This document shows, piece after piece, positions 8,828 to 17,834 of a DNA stretch of 64,000 nucleotides; position 1 is the stretch's first letter, and every line of letters begins with the position of its first letter. Made by a program: the position numbers and the translations under genes. The notes under the pieces were generated by a model. It ran no database searches, was not told the DNA's origin, and was given only the letters and a program-made list of their open reading frames with translations. Origin of the DNA: an uncultured bacterium (lineage in GTDB: Bacteria > Oederibacteriota > Muellerivitia > Muellerivitales > Muellerivitaceae); assembly GCA_964392085.1 (NCBI GenBank), contig CAYMOV010000005.1:5343-69342 (forward strand), in the 5' to 3' direction.

Positions 8828-10911
8828 CCCGGCCCCCTTCACCGAATCCTCAACAGGACGGTTTGTCCTGGGTCCATGAAATGGGGGCCGCCCTCATTTC
8901 CCCGCGCGGGCCCTGCCCGCGGATGCCCAAAACAATGGTGAGGGGGCGGAAAATGAACCCCAACGACACAATGGCCCGGGTTGGGCGATCCCTGAATTTC
9001 CCATGCTCCAAGATGCGCGGTCATTCCGAGGGAGGGGACGACTTGCCCGGCGTAACCGAAGGCGAAGATGGGAACGGCGCCGACGGGGAATCCGCATTTG
9101 CCGGGGGCGCATTAGGCCTTCCGGTTAAAGCGGTCCTGCTTTGCCTCCTCTTTTTATGGCCCGCCCTCCCGGCCCGCGCGGTCCTGGTCGCCTCCCGGAA
9201 CCTCCGGGTCGGTTCCTTGACGTTCGAGGGGAACGAGGCCTTTTCCGACGGGACCCTCCGGAAGGTCTGCCTCACCCAACCTTCCGGGCTCTTCCACAAG
9301 ACGGAATACCTTCCCGACGTCCTGGAAAAGGACCTGGTCCGCCTGGCCGATTTTTACCACCGACGTGGATTCCTCCAGGCGGGCGTGGAGGACAAGGAGG
9401 TCACGGTCTCGAAGGACGGCCGGAAGGCCGACCTGACCGTCTGGGTCTATGAGGGGCCCGAAAGCCGGATCGGCGCCATCCGGTTCGAGGGCATCCACGC
9501 CTTCACGGCGAAGAAGATTTTGGGGTTGTCCGGGTTGAAAACCGGTGAACCATTGGACCGGGACCAGGTGGAATCGGCCATCCGGAACCTGTCCCAGGCC
9601 TACCTTAATGAAGGTTACCTGGAAGCCGTGATCCTCCCCGAGAACCGGTGGGAACCGCCGAAGACAGACCCGGTGCTGGTCTTCAAGATCTCCGAGGGTC
9701 CCCTCTGCCGCCTTTGGGGCATCACCCTGTCGGGTCTCACCCGGTCCCGGGACTGGGTCGTGCGGAGGGAATTCAGGATCCGACCGGGCGAAGCGCTCAA
9801 GTGGAACCAGGTGGAAAAAGCCCAACAACGGCTCTACCTCACCGGAATCTTCCAAACCGTCTACGCGCGGCCGGTCACCGCGCCTTCCCCCGCACCGGAG
9901 GGGTCCCGCGTCCTGGCGCTGGAGGTCCGGGAAAACAAGCCGAAGGAACTCGACCTCAGCACCGGCTGGAGCACCGAGGAGCACCTCCGGGGCAAGGCCA
10001 CCTTCTCGAACATCAACCTGTTCGGGCGCGCCCGCCAGTTCACCGTCACGGCCACGGCCAGCCGCCTGCTCCAAAGGCTCGACGGGACCTACACCGTCCC
10101 CTGGACCCTCGGGGTGCCCTGGTTCACCAGCCTGAACCTTTTCGGCGAGATCCAGAACCAGCCGGGCTATTCCCTCCGCACCGGGGGCGGCCTCTTCTCC
10201 TTCGGCCGCCACCTGTCCTCGATCTCCCAGGTCCAACTGACCTACCGGCACGAGAACGCCTTCCTTTCCTCGGTGGTGGTGGTGCCGGCGCCCGACATCT
10301 CCCTGAACTTCATCCGGTCCTTCGGCCTTTCCCTCTTATTGGACGAACGGGACAACTTCGTGAGCACCCAGCGCGGCCTTTACCTCAACGCCTCCGCCGA
10401 GATGTCCGGGTCGTTCCTCCATGGGTCGGACACCTTCTTCAAGGCCACGGGGGCCTTCAAGTGGTTCCATCCCGTCACCTCCTCCACGGTCATCGGCACC
10501 GCGGCCCAGGTCGGTTGGGTCGGGAACTACCGGAGCCTGAACCCGATCCCCTTGAGCGAGCTCTTCTACGCCGGCGGGTCCAACGCCCTTCGGGGGTTCC
10601 CCTACCAGGGCGCGGGCCCGCTGGACCCGCAGCGCGTCCCCCTCGGCGGCCAGTTCGAGCTGGTGTTGAACGCCGCGGAACTGCGCCAGAGGGTCTGGAA
10701 ATGGTTGGGGGTCGTGGGGTTCTTCGACGCGGGCAACATCTTCCCCAACCTCGACAAGATCCGTTGGGGGGACATCCGCACCACCGGGGGCTGGGGCCTC
10801 CGCCTCACGACCAAGTTGGGCGTGCTCCGGGCGGACCAAGGGTTCATCGTGAACCCGCGCCCGGGCGAAAAGCGGCAGGTGATCTATTTGAACGTGGGGC
10901 AGGCGTTTTGA
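8824..10911 (+). CDS. Omp85 family outer-membrane protein (TamA/BamA-like, about 3 POTRA domains + barrel); true start uncertain
   Basis: FEGNEAFSD POTRA starts, FYAGGSNALRGF motif, FFDAGN, C-terminal GQAF. Confidence 0.85.
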   Translation: MTRPPSPNPQQDGLSWVHEMGAALISPRGPCPRMPKTMVRGRKMNPNDTMARVGRSLNFPCSKMRGHSEGGDDLPGVTEGEDGNGADGESAFAGGALGLPVKAVLLCLLFLWPALPARAVLVASRNLRVGSLTFEGNEAFSDGTLRKVCLTQPSGLFHKTEYLPDVLEKDLVRLADFYHRRGFLQAGVEDKEVTVSKDGRKADLTVWVYEGPESRIGAIRFEGIHAFTAKKILGLSGLKTGEPLDRDQVESAIRNLSQAYLNEGYLEAVILPENRWEPPKTDPVLVFKISEGPLCRLWGITLSGLTRSRDWVVRREFRIRPGEALKWNQVEKAQQRLYLTGIFQTVYARPVTAPSPAPEGSRVLALEVRENKPKELDLSTGWSTEEHLRGKATFSNINLFGRARQFTVTATASRLLQRLDGTYTVPWTLGVPWFTSLNLFGEIQNQPGYSLRTGGGLFSFGRHLSSISQVQLTYRHENAFLSSVVVVPAPDISLNFIRSFGLSLLLDERDNFVSTQRGLYLNASAEMSGSFLHGSDTFFKATGAFKWFHPVTSSTVIGTAAQVGWVGNYRSLNPIPLSELFYAGGSNALRGFPYQGAGPLDPQRVPLGGQFELVLNAAELRQRVWKWLGVVGFFDAGNIFPNLDKIRWGDIRTTGGWGLRLTTKLGVLRADQGFIVNPRPGEKRQVIYLNVGQAF

Positions 10912-10913
10912 CG

Positions 10914-11071
10914 GCAGCTGTCAGCGGTCAGCTCTCGGCGGTTGGCATAAATGCAGAAAACGAACAGCACCGGCTGGCGGTCAACTCAAAGCCGGAATAC
11001 CCCCAAATACATTTGTTTCCGCCGTCATGAGGGTTTAGCCGACGGCCGACCACTGACAGCCGACCGCCGCT
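10914..11071. repeat. Inverted heptamer-repeat element
   Basis: GCTGTCA-GCGGTCA-GCTCTCG-GCGGTTG at left; complementary AGCCGAC-GGCCGAC-CACTGAC-AGCCGAC at right. Confidence 0.55.
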
Positions 11072-11104
11072 TGTCATAGAATCTTCCATTCCCCCGGAGG
11101 CCCC

Positions 11105-11584
11105 ATGGACGCCGAAGCCAAGAAACACCTTCTCCGCCAGATCCCCCACGCGGTGTACGTGATCACCTGCCAGGCCCATGGCCAAACGGTCGCCTCCACG
11201 GTCACTTGGGCGACCCAGGCCTCCTTTGAGCCGCCCTTGGTGGCGATCTGCCTGAAGCGCGATTCCGCCACCTACCATGCCGTCCAGGCCGCCCAGTGCT
11301 TCGTCCTCAACTTTTTGGGGGAGGGCCAGAAGGACCTGGCGCAGAAGTTCTTCAAGCACGTGGAACCTGAGGGATTCACCCTGGCCGGGGTGCCCTTCCA
11401 GCCGAGCCCCACCTTCCGGTTCCCCGTCTTCCCCGACATGGCGGGCCACCTGGAGTGCCGGGTCCTGTCGGCGGTGGAGAAGGGCGACCATGGCGTGGTG
11501 GTGGCCGAATGTCTGGAGGCCGCGAAAGGCGAAGGTAAGGGGATCCTTCTGCTTTCGACCACCGGCTGGAACTACGGGGGATAA
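11105..11584 (+). CDS. Flavin reductase-like FMN-binding protein
   Basis: WATQASFEPPLVAI, LECRV, GDH motifs; GGAGG RBS. Confidence 0.88.
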   Translation: MDAEAKKHLLRQIPHAVYVITCQAHGQTVASTVTWATQASFEPPLVAICLKRDSATYHAVQAAQCFVLNFLGEGQKDLAQKFFKHVEPEGFTLAGVPFQPSPTFRFPVFPDMAGHLECRVLSAVEKGDHGVVVAECLEAAKGEGKGILLLSTTGWNYGG

Positions 11585-11595
11585 AGACGACCCCT

Positions 11596-11640
11596 AAAAC
11601 GCAAAAGGCCCCCGGGGTTCCCCAGGGGCCTTTTGCGTTT
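11596..11640. terminator. Bidirectional intrinsic terminator
   Basis: AAACGCAAAAGGCCCC / GGGGCCTTTTGCGTTT stem. Confidence 0.8.
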
Positions 11641-11656
11641 AGGATCCAAACGACGG

Positions 11657-11743
11657 TTATTTCTTGTCGATTTGTCCTTCAGCGTCGGAGGCGATTTCGT
11701 CGGCAATGGACCGGAGGATTTCGCGGAGTTGGTCGTCGAGCAT
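11657..11743 (-). CDS. Putative 28-aa acidic small protein MLDDQLREILRSIADEIASDAEGQIDKK
   Basis: Hand-translated; GGAGG RBS 5 nt before ATG; terminator immediately downstream; below ORF track cutoff. Confidence 0.55.
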   Translation of the reverse strand: MLDDQLREILRSIADEIASDAEGQIDKK

Positions 11744-11789
11744 GGTGTCCTCCCCAACTTGGACTAAAACCGGATTGAGGTGTTGCCTC

Positions 11790-11843
11790 GGGGCACATAG
11801 AGGCAGAGCCCCTACGAGAGTGCGCATCAGAGATCCGCGCTAC
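11790..11843 (-). repeat. Two GTAG-type REP-like hairpins
   Basis: Minus strand GTAGCGCG..TGCGC and GTAGGGGC..GCCCC. Confidence 0.5.
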
Positions 11844-11965
11844 AACTTTTAGACCACCCTCAAGGGTTTTATTCCCTGAATCCAGTCGGAATTATTCGGA
11901 ACCTCGGGGACGTCAAAGCGCTTCCCGGCGGGACACCGGAATGGGAGGGAATATGGGCCGGGAGA

Positions 11966-12364
11966 TCAGACGGAGAACTTCATCCGGATCAGGAGGATGA
12001 TCGAGGCCACCGCCAGGAACAGCAGGAGCATCAAGGCGATGGCTTTCAGGCTCTCAATGACGGTCTTGGTGACTTCCAAGATCCACTCGTCCCGGGACAT
12101 GTCGTCCGACCGGTCCTTCTTGGTCCTGGCGAAGCGGGTGAACCGCTCCAACTCGTCCACCAGCACGCCCCTCGACAGCCCCATGACATAGACCGAGAGG
12201 TAGATCAGGGTTTTCCAGGCGTTCCAGAAATCGAGGGTGAGGGCCTTGATCGCCAGGTCCTCGAAGGGGCCCCTGAAGACGGCCAGGGTCAGGAAGCAAA
12301 CCAGAAGCGAGACCAATATCTTGGCGAGCAGGAGGCTTTGGACCATGGTGGCGTTTCCTTTCAT
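11966..12364 (-). CDS. Hypothetical membrane protein (about 3 TM)
   Basis: Three hydrophobic segments; no recognised motif. Confidence 0.65.
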   Translation of the reverse strand: MKGNATMVQSLLLAKILVSLLVCFLTLAVFRGPFEDLAIKALTLDFWNAWKTLIYLSVYVMGLSRGVLVDELERFTRFARTKKDRSDDMSRDEWILEVTKTVIESLKAIALMLLLFLAVASIILLIRMKFSV

Positions 12365-12461
12365 ACCGACGGCCCATTATCAGCGGATTTACCTGAATTG
12401 AACATGTCCGAAATCAATCGGATCCTCCCACACCCGTCTAGTGGCTGTGGAAATGGCGCCC

Positions 12462-12989
12462 TCAACCCAGCGTGAATCCGCAGCGGCGACATGGGTCCAT
12501 CTCAGGGTTCCAGGCGTAGGATTTGCCGGGCACCTTCACCGCCAGGAGTGGCTCCAGGGCCTTCCGAAATTCACCCCGGTGGGCCTCATCGTTGGGGGCC
12601 GCTAAACGGTCATTCAGGAAAATCTCAAAATGCCCCAAGTCGAACTGGAGTTTCCCCGCGGTGGCCTTCTCCAACAGGGCGGCGGCCTGTTGGGCCGTCC
12701 CGAAGGCGAACTCGAGGGCCGCTGCGGCATCGGGTTGTGGGGGCCTCTTGAGGGTCACCAGCAGTCCCCGTCGGCCGCCCTCCTCATCCAGGCTCACGTT
12801 GGCCTCATGGGCGATCAAGAGGATCCCGGGGCCCTGGTGCATATGGGTGTATTCGGCCACGTCGATCAACAGGAGGCCCGGCAGGAGTTGGTCCTGGATG
12901 ATCTTATGGAAATGGGGGATCAGGTCCCGAAGGGGCAGGGCCTGTCCCTTCGAGGCCAGGATCTTCACGCCGAGCTTGGTCAAATCCAT
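12462..12989 (-). CDS. Hypothetical protein downstream of nitrite/sulfite reductase
   Basis: AAGGGG RBS, protein-like composition, DVAEYTHMHQGPG motif; co-oriented with the reductase. Confidence 0.7.
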   Translation of the reverse strand: MDLTKLGVKILASKGQALPLRDLIPHFHKIIQDQLLPGLLLIDVAEYTHMHQGPGILLIAHEANVSLDEEGGRRGLLVTLKRPPQPDAAAALEFAFGTAQQAAALLEKATAGKLQFDLGHFEIFLNDRLAAPNDEAHRGEFRKALEPLLAVKVPGKSYAWNPEMDPCRRCGFTLG

Positions 12990-13009
12990 TTAAGTCCCCT
13001 TCAAAAGCA

Positions 13010-13057
13010 GTTTTGAGTTTTAAATTTTAAGTCGGCTTAAAACTCAAAATTTAAAAT
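13010..13057. repeat. AT-rich inverted heptamer repeat
   Basis: TTTTGAG-TTTTAAA-TTTTAAG followed by CTTAAAA-CTCAAAA-TTTAAAA. Confidence 0.6.
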
Positions 13058-13070
13058 CGAGAACTTCAGT

Positions 13071-15290
13071 TCAGGCGTTGAGGAACGTCTGGACCGCCTC
13101 GAGGAACAGCTGGGCTTCCTGCACCCGCCTCCCCGCCTCATCGCGGTCGGGGTTTTCCAGCTTCTGTTCGTGGTGCCTGAAGAAGTGGCCCGCGAACTGG
13201 GCGCTGGTGGCGTGCTTGGCGAAGTCCCCCGTCTCATGGAAGAGCGCGCGGAACTTCGAAACGGTCTCGTCGGCTCCGCCCACGTATTCCCGCAGGCGGC
13301 TCCTCACGCAGGCCTCCGCGGAGTGGATCATGGCCTGGTAGGCCAAACCGACGGCCCCCTTCTGGTTGCCCCCGTCGAGGGCCACCTGGGCCTCGAAGAT
13401 CTCGCTCTCGGCGGCGGTCACCGAGAACTCGGAGGGGGTCACCACTTCCCCGGCGCATTCCCCCTTGCCGATGTCACCGATGGTGAACTCCCGGGGATCT
13501 CCCCAGTCCTGGTAAAGGTCCGGCTCAACGTCGTGACTGGGCACCACCGCCAGGTCTTGGAGGCGGTTTTTGGTCTCCACCTTCCCCACCCGCTTCACGA
13601 ACCCGCCGAAGGACTCGCCGTCTTGGCGGTCCGAGGTGAACCACCCAAGGAGGCGGTCCACCACCTGGGGAATCCGCTTGGAGGGCACCGCGATCACGGC
13701 CTGGCCGTAGGCCCCCCCGTTGTTCTCCCATTGGCCCCCCAACACCACCTGGAAATGCGGCACCGCGTAACCGCCGGCTTTGCGGGACACCCCGAAGAAG
13801 CCCAAGTCCGAGAGGGGATGCTGGCCGCAGGAGTTGGGGCAACCCGACACCTTGATCTTCAGGTTCCGGACCTCGGGAGGCAGGGTTTGGAGCTTCGCGT
13901 CCATCTGTTCCGAGAGTCGGCGCCCCAGGCCCCGGGAGGCGGCGATTCCCAACTTGCAGGTGTCCGTCCCGGGGCAGGAGGTGATGTCCGAGATCGTCCC
14001 GGCGTTGGGGGCCGCCAGGCCGACGGCCCTCAAATCGGAGTAGAGGGCCGGCAGGTCCGACTGGGCGATCCAACGGAACAGCAGGTTCTGCTCGACGGTG
14101 GTGCGCACCGTGTCTTTCGTGTACTTGCGGGTCATTTCGGCCAACGCGCGGAGTTGGGAGCTGGTCAGGTCCCCCAGGGGCACCTGGACCGCCACCGTGG
14201 AATATCCGGCCTGGGCCTGGCCCCTTACGTTCTGGCGGGCGAAATCGAGGAAACCCTCCGGCAGCGAGGGGGGCAGGGTTCCGGAAACCCGGAGGGGGGA
14301 TTCCTTCTTATTCAATTGGGCGGCCGGCAGGCCCACCCACCGGGGGTCCGCCGGGAGGGTTTTCCGCTCCTCCAGGACCAGGCGGCGGAACTCGTCGATG
14401 CCCAGCTTGGCCACGAGGAACTTGATGCGGGCCGCGCCCCGGTTCTTCTTCTCGCCCAACCGGCCGAAGACCCGGGCCACAGCCTGTGTCAAGGGGAGGA
14501 TCTCGTCCGGGTCCACGAATTCCAGGAGTTTTTTAGCTTGGTAGGGCACGGGGCCGAGCCCGCCGCCCACGTAGGCGTCGAAGCCTCGTTTCCCGTCCCG
14601 GACCTTCGCGATGAAGCCCATGTCGTGCATCATCACGAGGCCGCAACCCTCGTTCTCGCAGCCCGAGAAGGCCACCTTGAACTTGCGGCCGAAATCCTGT
14701 GCGTCAGGGTGCCCGAGGAGGAAACGGAAGATGGCCTCGGCGTAGGGGGTCACATCGAAGGTCTCGCCGGCGCAGACGCCCGCCAGGGGGCAGGCCGTCA
14801 CGTTGCGAACCGAGTTGCCGCAGGCCTCCCGACTGGTGATGCCGCAAGCCGCCAAACGGCGCATCAGGTCGGGCGTGTCCTCGATATGGACGAAATGGAG
14901 CTGGAAGTCCTGGCGGGTGGTGATGTGGGCGACGCCGTCGGAATATTCCTCAGCGAGGTCGGCCATGGTCTCCAATTGCCCGGCGTTGGTGCCGCCCCAA
15001 GGGAGCTTGATGCGGATCATGCCGGGGGCGTGCCAATGGGTATCAGGGCCCTTCCAGGTGGAGGCGTCGGGATAGGCCAGTTGGCGGACCTGTTTCCCGT
15101 CGTTCCGGCGGCCGTTGTCGTACCGCTGGCCGTAGGCGCCCCGGCGAAGCCGCGTCTCGGCGAACACCCGGGGCTCGATCTTCCCCTGCTTATTCAGCTC
15201 GATCTGGGCCTCAAACCCGTCGATCTCCTGGGCCCAGTCCGGGGGCATCCGGCCTTCGAGTTTGGCTTTCCAGGTCTTCAGGTTCGGCAT
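13071..15290 (-). CDS. Siroheme/[4Fe-4S] nitrite/sulfite reductase with C-terminal helical (HEPN-like) extension
   Basis: HITTRQDFQLH, RKFKVAFSGC, CPGTDTC and SGCPNSCGQH cluster/siroheme ligands. Confidence 0.9.
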   Translation of the reverse strand: MPNLKTWKAKLEGRMPPDWAQEIDGFEAQIELNKQGKIEPRVFAETRLRRGAYGQRYDNGRRNDGKQVRQLAYPDASTWKGPDTHWHAPGMIRIKLPWGGTNAGQLETMADLAEEYSDGVAHITTRQDFQLHFVHIEDTPDLMRRLAACGITSREACGNSVRNVTACPLAGVCAGETFDVTPYAEAIFRFLLGHPDAQDFGRKFKVAFSGCENEGCGLVMMHDMGFIAKVRDGKRGFDAYVGGGLGPVPYQAKKLLEFVDPDEILPLTQAVARVFGRLGEKKNRGAARIKFLVAKLGIDEFRRLVLEERKTLPADPRWVGLPAAQLNKKESPLRVSGTLPPSLPEGFLDFARQNVRGQAQAGYSTVAVQVPLGDLTSSQLRALAEMTRKYTKDTVRTTVEQNLLFRWIAQSDLPALYSDLRAVGLAAPNAGTISDITSCPGTDTCKLGIAASRGLGRRLSEQMDAKLQTLPPEVRNLKIKVSGCPNSCGQHPLSDLGFFGVSRKAGGYAVPHFQVVLGGQWENNGGAYGQAVIAVPSKRIPQVVDRLLGWFTSDRQDGESFGGFVKRVGKVETKNRLQDLAVVPSHDVEPDLYQDWGDPREFTIGDIGKGECAGEVVTPSEFSVTAAESEIFEAQVALDGGNQKGAVGLAYQAMIHSAEACVRSRLREYVGGADETVSKFRALFHETGDFAKHATSAQFAGHFFRHHEQKLENPDRDEAGRRVQEAQLFLEAVQTFLNA

Positions 15291-15378
15291 GTATCCCTCG
15301 GGTCGATTGAAAAGATTGGGATGGCTAAACTAACCAATCGAGGGGGAAAAATCAACGGGAGGCCATTTCCGGGTGGGA

Positions 15379-17676
15379 TCAGGACCCCTCGATCACTAAC
15401 ACGCCCCGGGTGAGTTTCTCCGGGCCCTTGCGTACCACGTAATAGTGGATTCCCGGGGCCGCAGGTTTCCCTCCGGGGGATCGACCGTTCCAACGGACCC
15501 ATCCCCCGATTTCCATTTGGGTAAATACGGATTCGCCCGAAACCGTGTAAACGTCCAGTTCGGATCCCGGGGGCATGCACCATGCCTTCAGGGTCCCCCC
15601 AACCGCTTGGGAGGGGTTGTAGGGGTTGGGCCACACGTGAAGCGGTTGGACCGGGGTTGGGCTGGGGGGGATGGGGGTCACCGACCAGGTGGCCGTCGGG
15701 GTGTCCGTCCAGGTCATAGTCCAAGTGGCGGTGGGGGAATCGGTCGGGGTGTCCGAGGGTGAAGGGGTCGGGGTGAGGGTAGGGAAATCATCCACGACGA
15801 TGACCCCAGTTGGAGTGACGGTCCAGGTCGAGGTGAGGAGGGAGGTAAGAGTCGGGGTGAAGGTGGCCGTGGGGGTCGGGCTGGAGGTGGGCGTGGCGGC
15901 ACAGGAACGGACCACGAGGTTATCGAACCGGATCCGATTGATCCCTTGGATGAAATCGGCGTGAAATCCTACGCCCCCGGCCGGAAGGCTCATGTCGGTG
16001 AAATCGAAAAGGAGTGTCTCCCCCGAGCCAAAGTCCACGAAAGTCTGTTGCCGGGAACCCGACACCACCGTCCGGAAGTGGACCCAAGTCCCGGGGGGAT
16101 AAGCGGGGGTGGCCAATCCCGAACCGAAACCGACCCCATCCAGGTATCGGTACCCCTGGGTATCGGAAAACAACACCGCTTGCCAATGGGGGACCAGGTT
16201 CTCCGGGTTGGTGTTCATCAACACGCTGTAATAGTCCGCCACCGTCGGCGAGGTAATCGTCGCGCGGAAGGCCGAGCCGAAATCCCCATAGCCGTTATCC
16301 AGGTCCATCTCAGCGTCGAAATCGATGGTGTAATCCCGGCGGGACCAGCCCAGGAGCGAGTCCCCGGTGGGGGGCGACGTCACCTGTACAACGGGCCGTT
16401 GGTTGACCCCCAAGGGGGCGGACGCTGGGGCGCTGTTCCGGATGACCTGGGCGTTATCCGCGGCCGCGGGGCTTCCGATCGGGACGCCCGTTGCGGCGCC
16501 AAGGTAAGTCACGTTGGGATCGGAATAATAGGGGATATAGGATCCCGGCATGTAGGACATCAATGAAATGAACAACCCCGCCCCGGTGTTGATCTTGTAG
16601 CCGTAGTTATATCCGGACCCCGTGGGGATCCCCGCCGTCCCCCGGTCGTGGTTACAACCGTAGTTGTGGCCCAGTTCATGAGGGAACGCCACATCGGCCC
16701 AGGACGACAACACCACGGTCTGGTCACCCGGCATGTAGCCCACCCCCGCGATGGAGTTGTCGGACCGCCCCAGGAAAAGGCTCGCGTATTGCGCGCCATA
16801 GGTCGCCATCAGGCCGAACACCTCGTCCACATAGCCGTCGCCGTTGGCGGCGAATCGCCCAGGTCCAGGGGCAGGTTGCCCGAATCCGAATAGGGTGTTT
16901 CGGCGCAATAGACCAACCGGTCCTCGAGCCCGACCTGGCTGTTGTGCAGGGCCAAGTTCAGGACTCCCATGGCCAGGTCGATGACGGTCAGGATCCCCGG
17001 GGTCCCACCGGCGTAGGTCCTCGCGGTGGGGGTGTAGAGGATCAGGACTTGGTTGACCTTCAGGTTCTCGGCGTCCGGGCACATGCCGGAGGTGTCCTGT
17101 GGGACGACAGGCGGAAACCCCTCGGGGTTGTCGTAGGCCTCGGGCACGGCGGGCTCCCCCGGCCCCTCCGTTCCGCACTTGAACCGCGCGGACGGATCCT
17201 GGAGGAAGATCCGATGGACGCCTTCCCCCACATACCGGATTTGGAATCGTCCTCTCGTCGGATCAAAGACCGTGGCCGCGATCACCGGCCCCCGGGCGGC
17301 CAGGACCCACCAACCCCCATCCACCCCGTCGAGGGTTCCCGTCCAGACCACGCCTCCCCCGAGGGTCGGCCGCCGAAGGTCGCAGACCGCCCGGTAATCG
17401 GCTCCGACCAGGAGGTTCAGGGCCAGGGGCGGGGCTTCCCGAACGGGGACCAGGCCCGCCAGTTGACCGAGGAATTCGGGGGACACCCGCACGTACCGGG
17501 ATTGGAGGGCGGGGAGGTCAAGGGGCGGGACCTGGGCGGGTGGATCCACCGTGGGGAAAGCGGACGAAGGTGAGGGAGGCAAGGCGCCGGCAAAAAATGG
17601 TTCGCGCCCCGGGGGGGACAAGGGCCCACCCCAGGATCCCAACCACCGCAAACCATACCCGTCGTTTCGGTTCCAT
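15379..17676 (-). pseudogene. Secreted M12/reprolysin-like zinc metalloprotease with Thr/Pro linker and PNP-type C-terminal domain, interrupted by two frameshifts (near 17610 and 16857)
   Basis: Signal-like MEPKRRVWFAVVGILGWAL, prodomain in a second frame, HELGHNYGCNHD + Met-turn (SLMSY) back in the first frame; may be an assembly error. Confidence 0.7.
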
Positions 17677-17775
17677 AGGTCCACTACACCATCCTACAGA
17701 ATAGGCATTCGGGGCATACACTTGACCCCATCATACCCCGCGCCCCCCCATTCCGCCCCGTATGTAATGCATATT

Positions 17776-17813
17776 AAAAAAAAGGCCCGGCGCCCCCAAG
17801 GGGACGCCGGACC
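17776..17813 (-). terminator. Intrinsic terminator
   Basis: CCGGCG..CGCCGG stem with an 8-A run (U-tail on minus strand). Confidence 0.65.
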
Positions 17814-17834
17814 TGGATTCAACCAACCGGGAAA

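Noticed and set aside
13170-15413. 747-aa plus-strand ORF
   Set aside because: Antisense shadow of the siroheme reductase; no motifs
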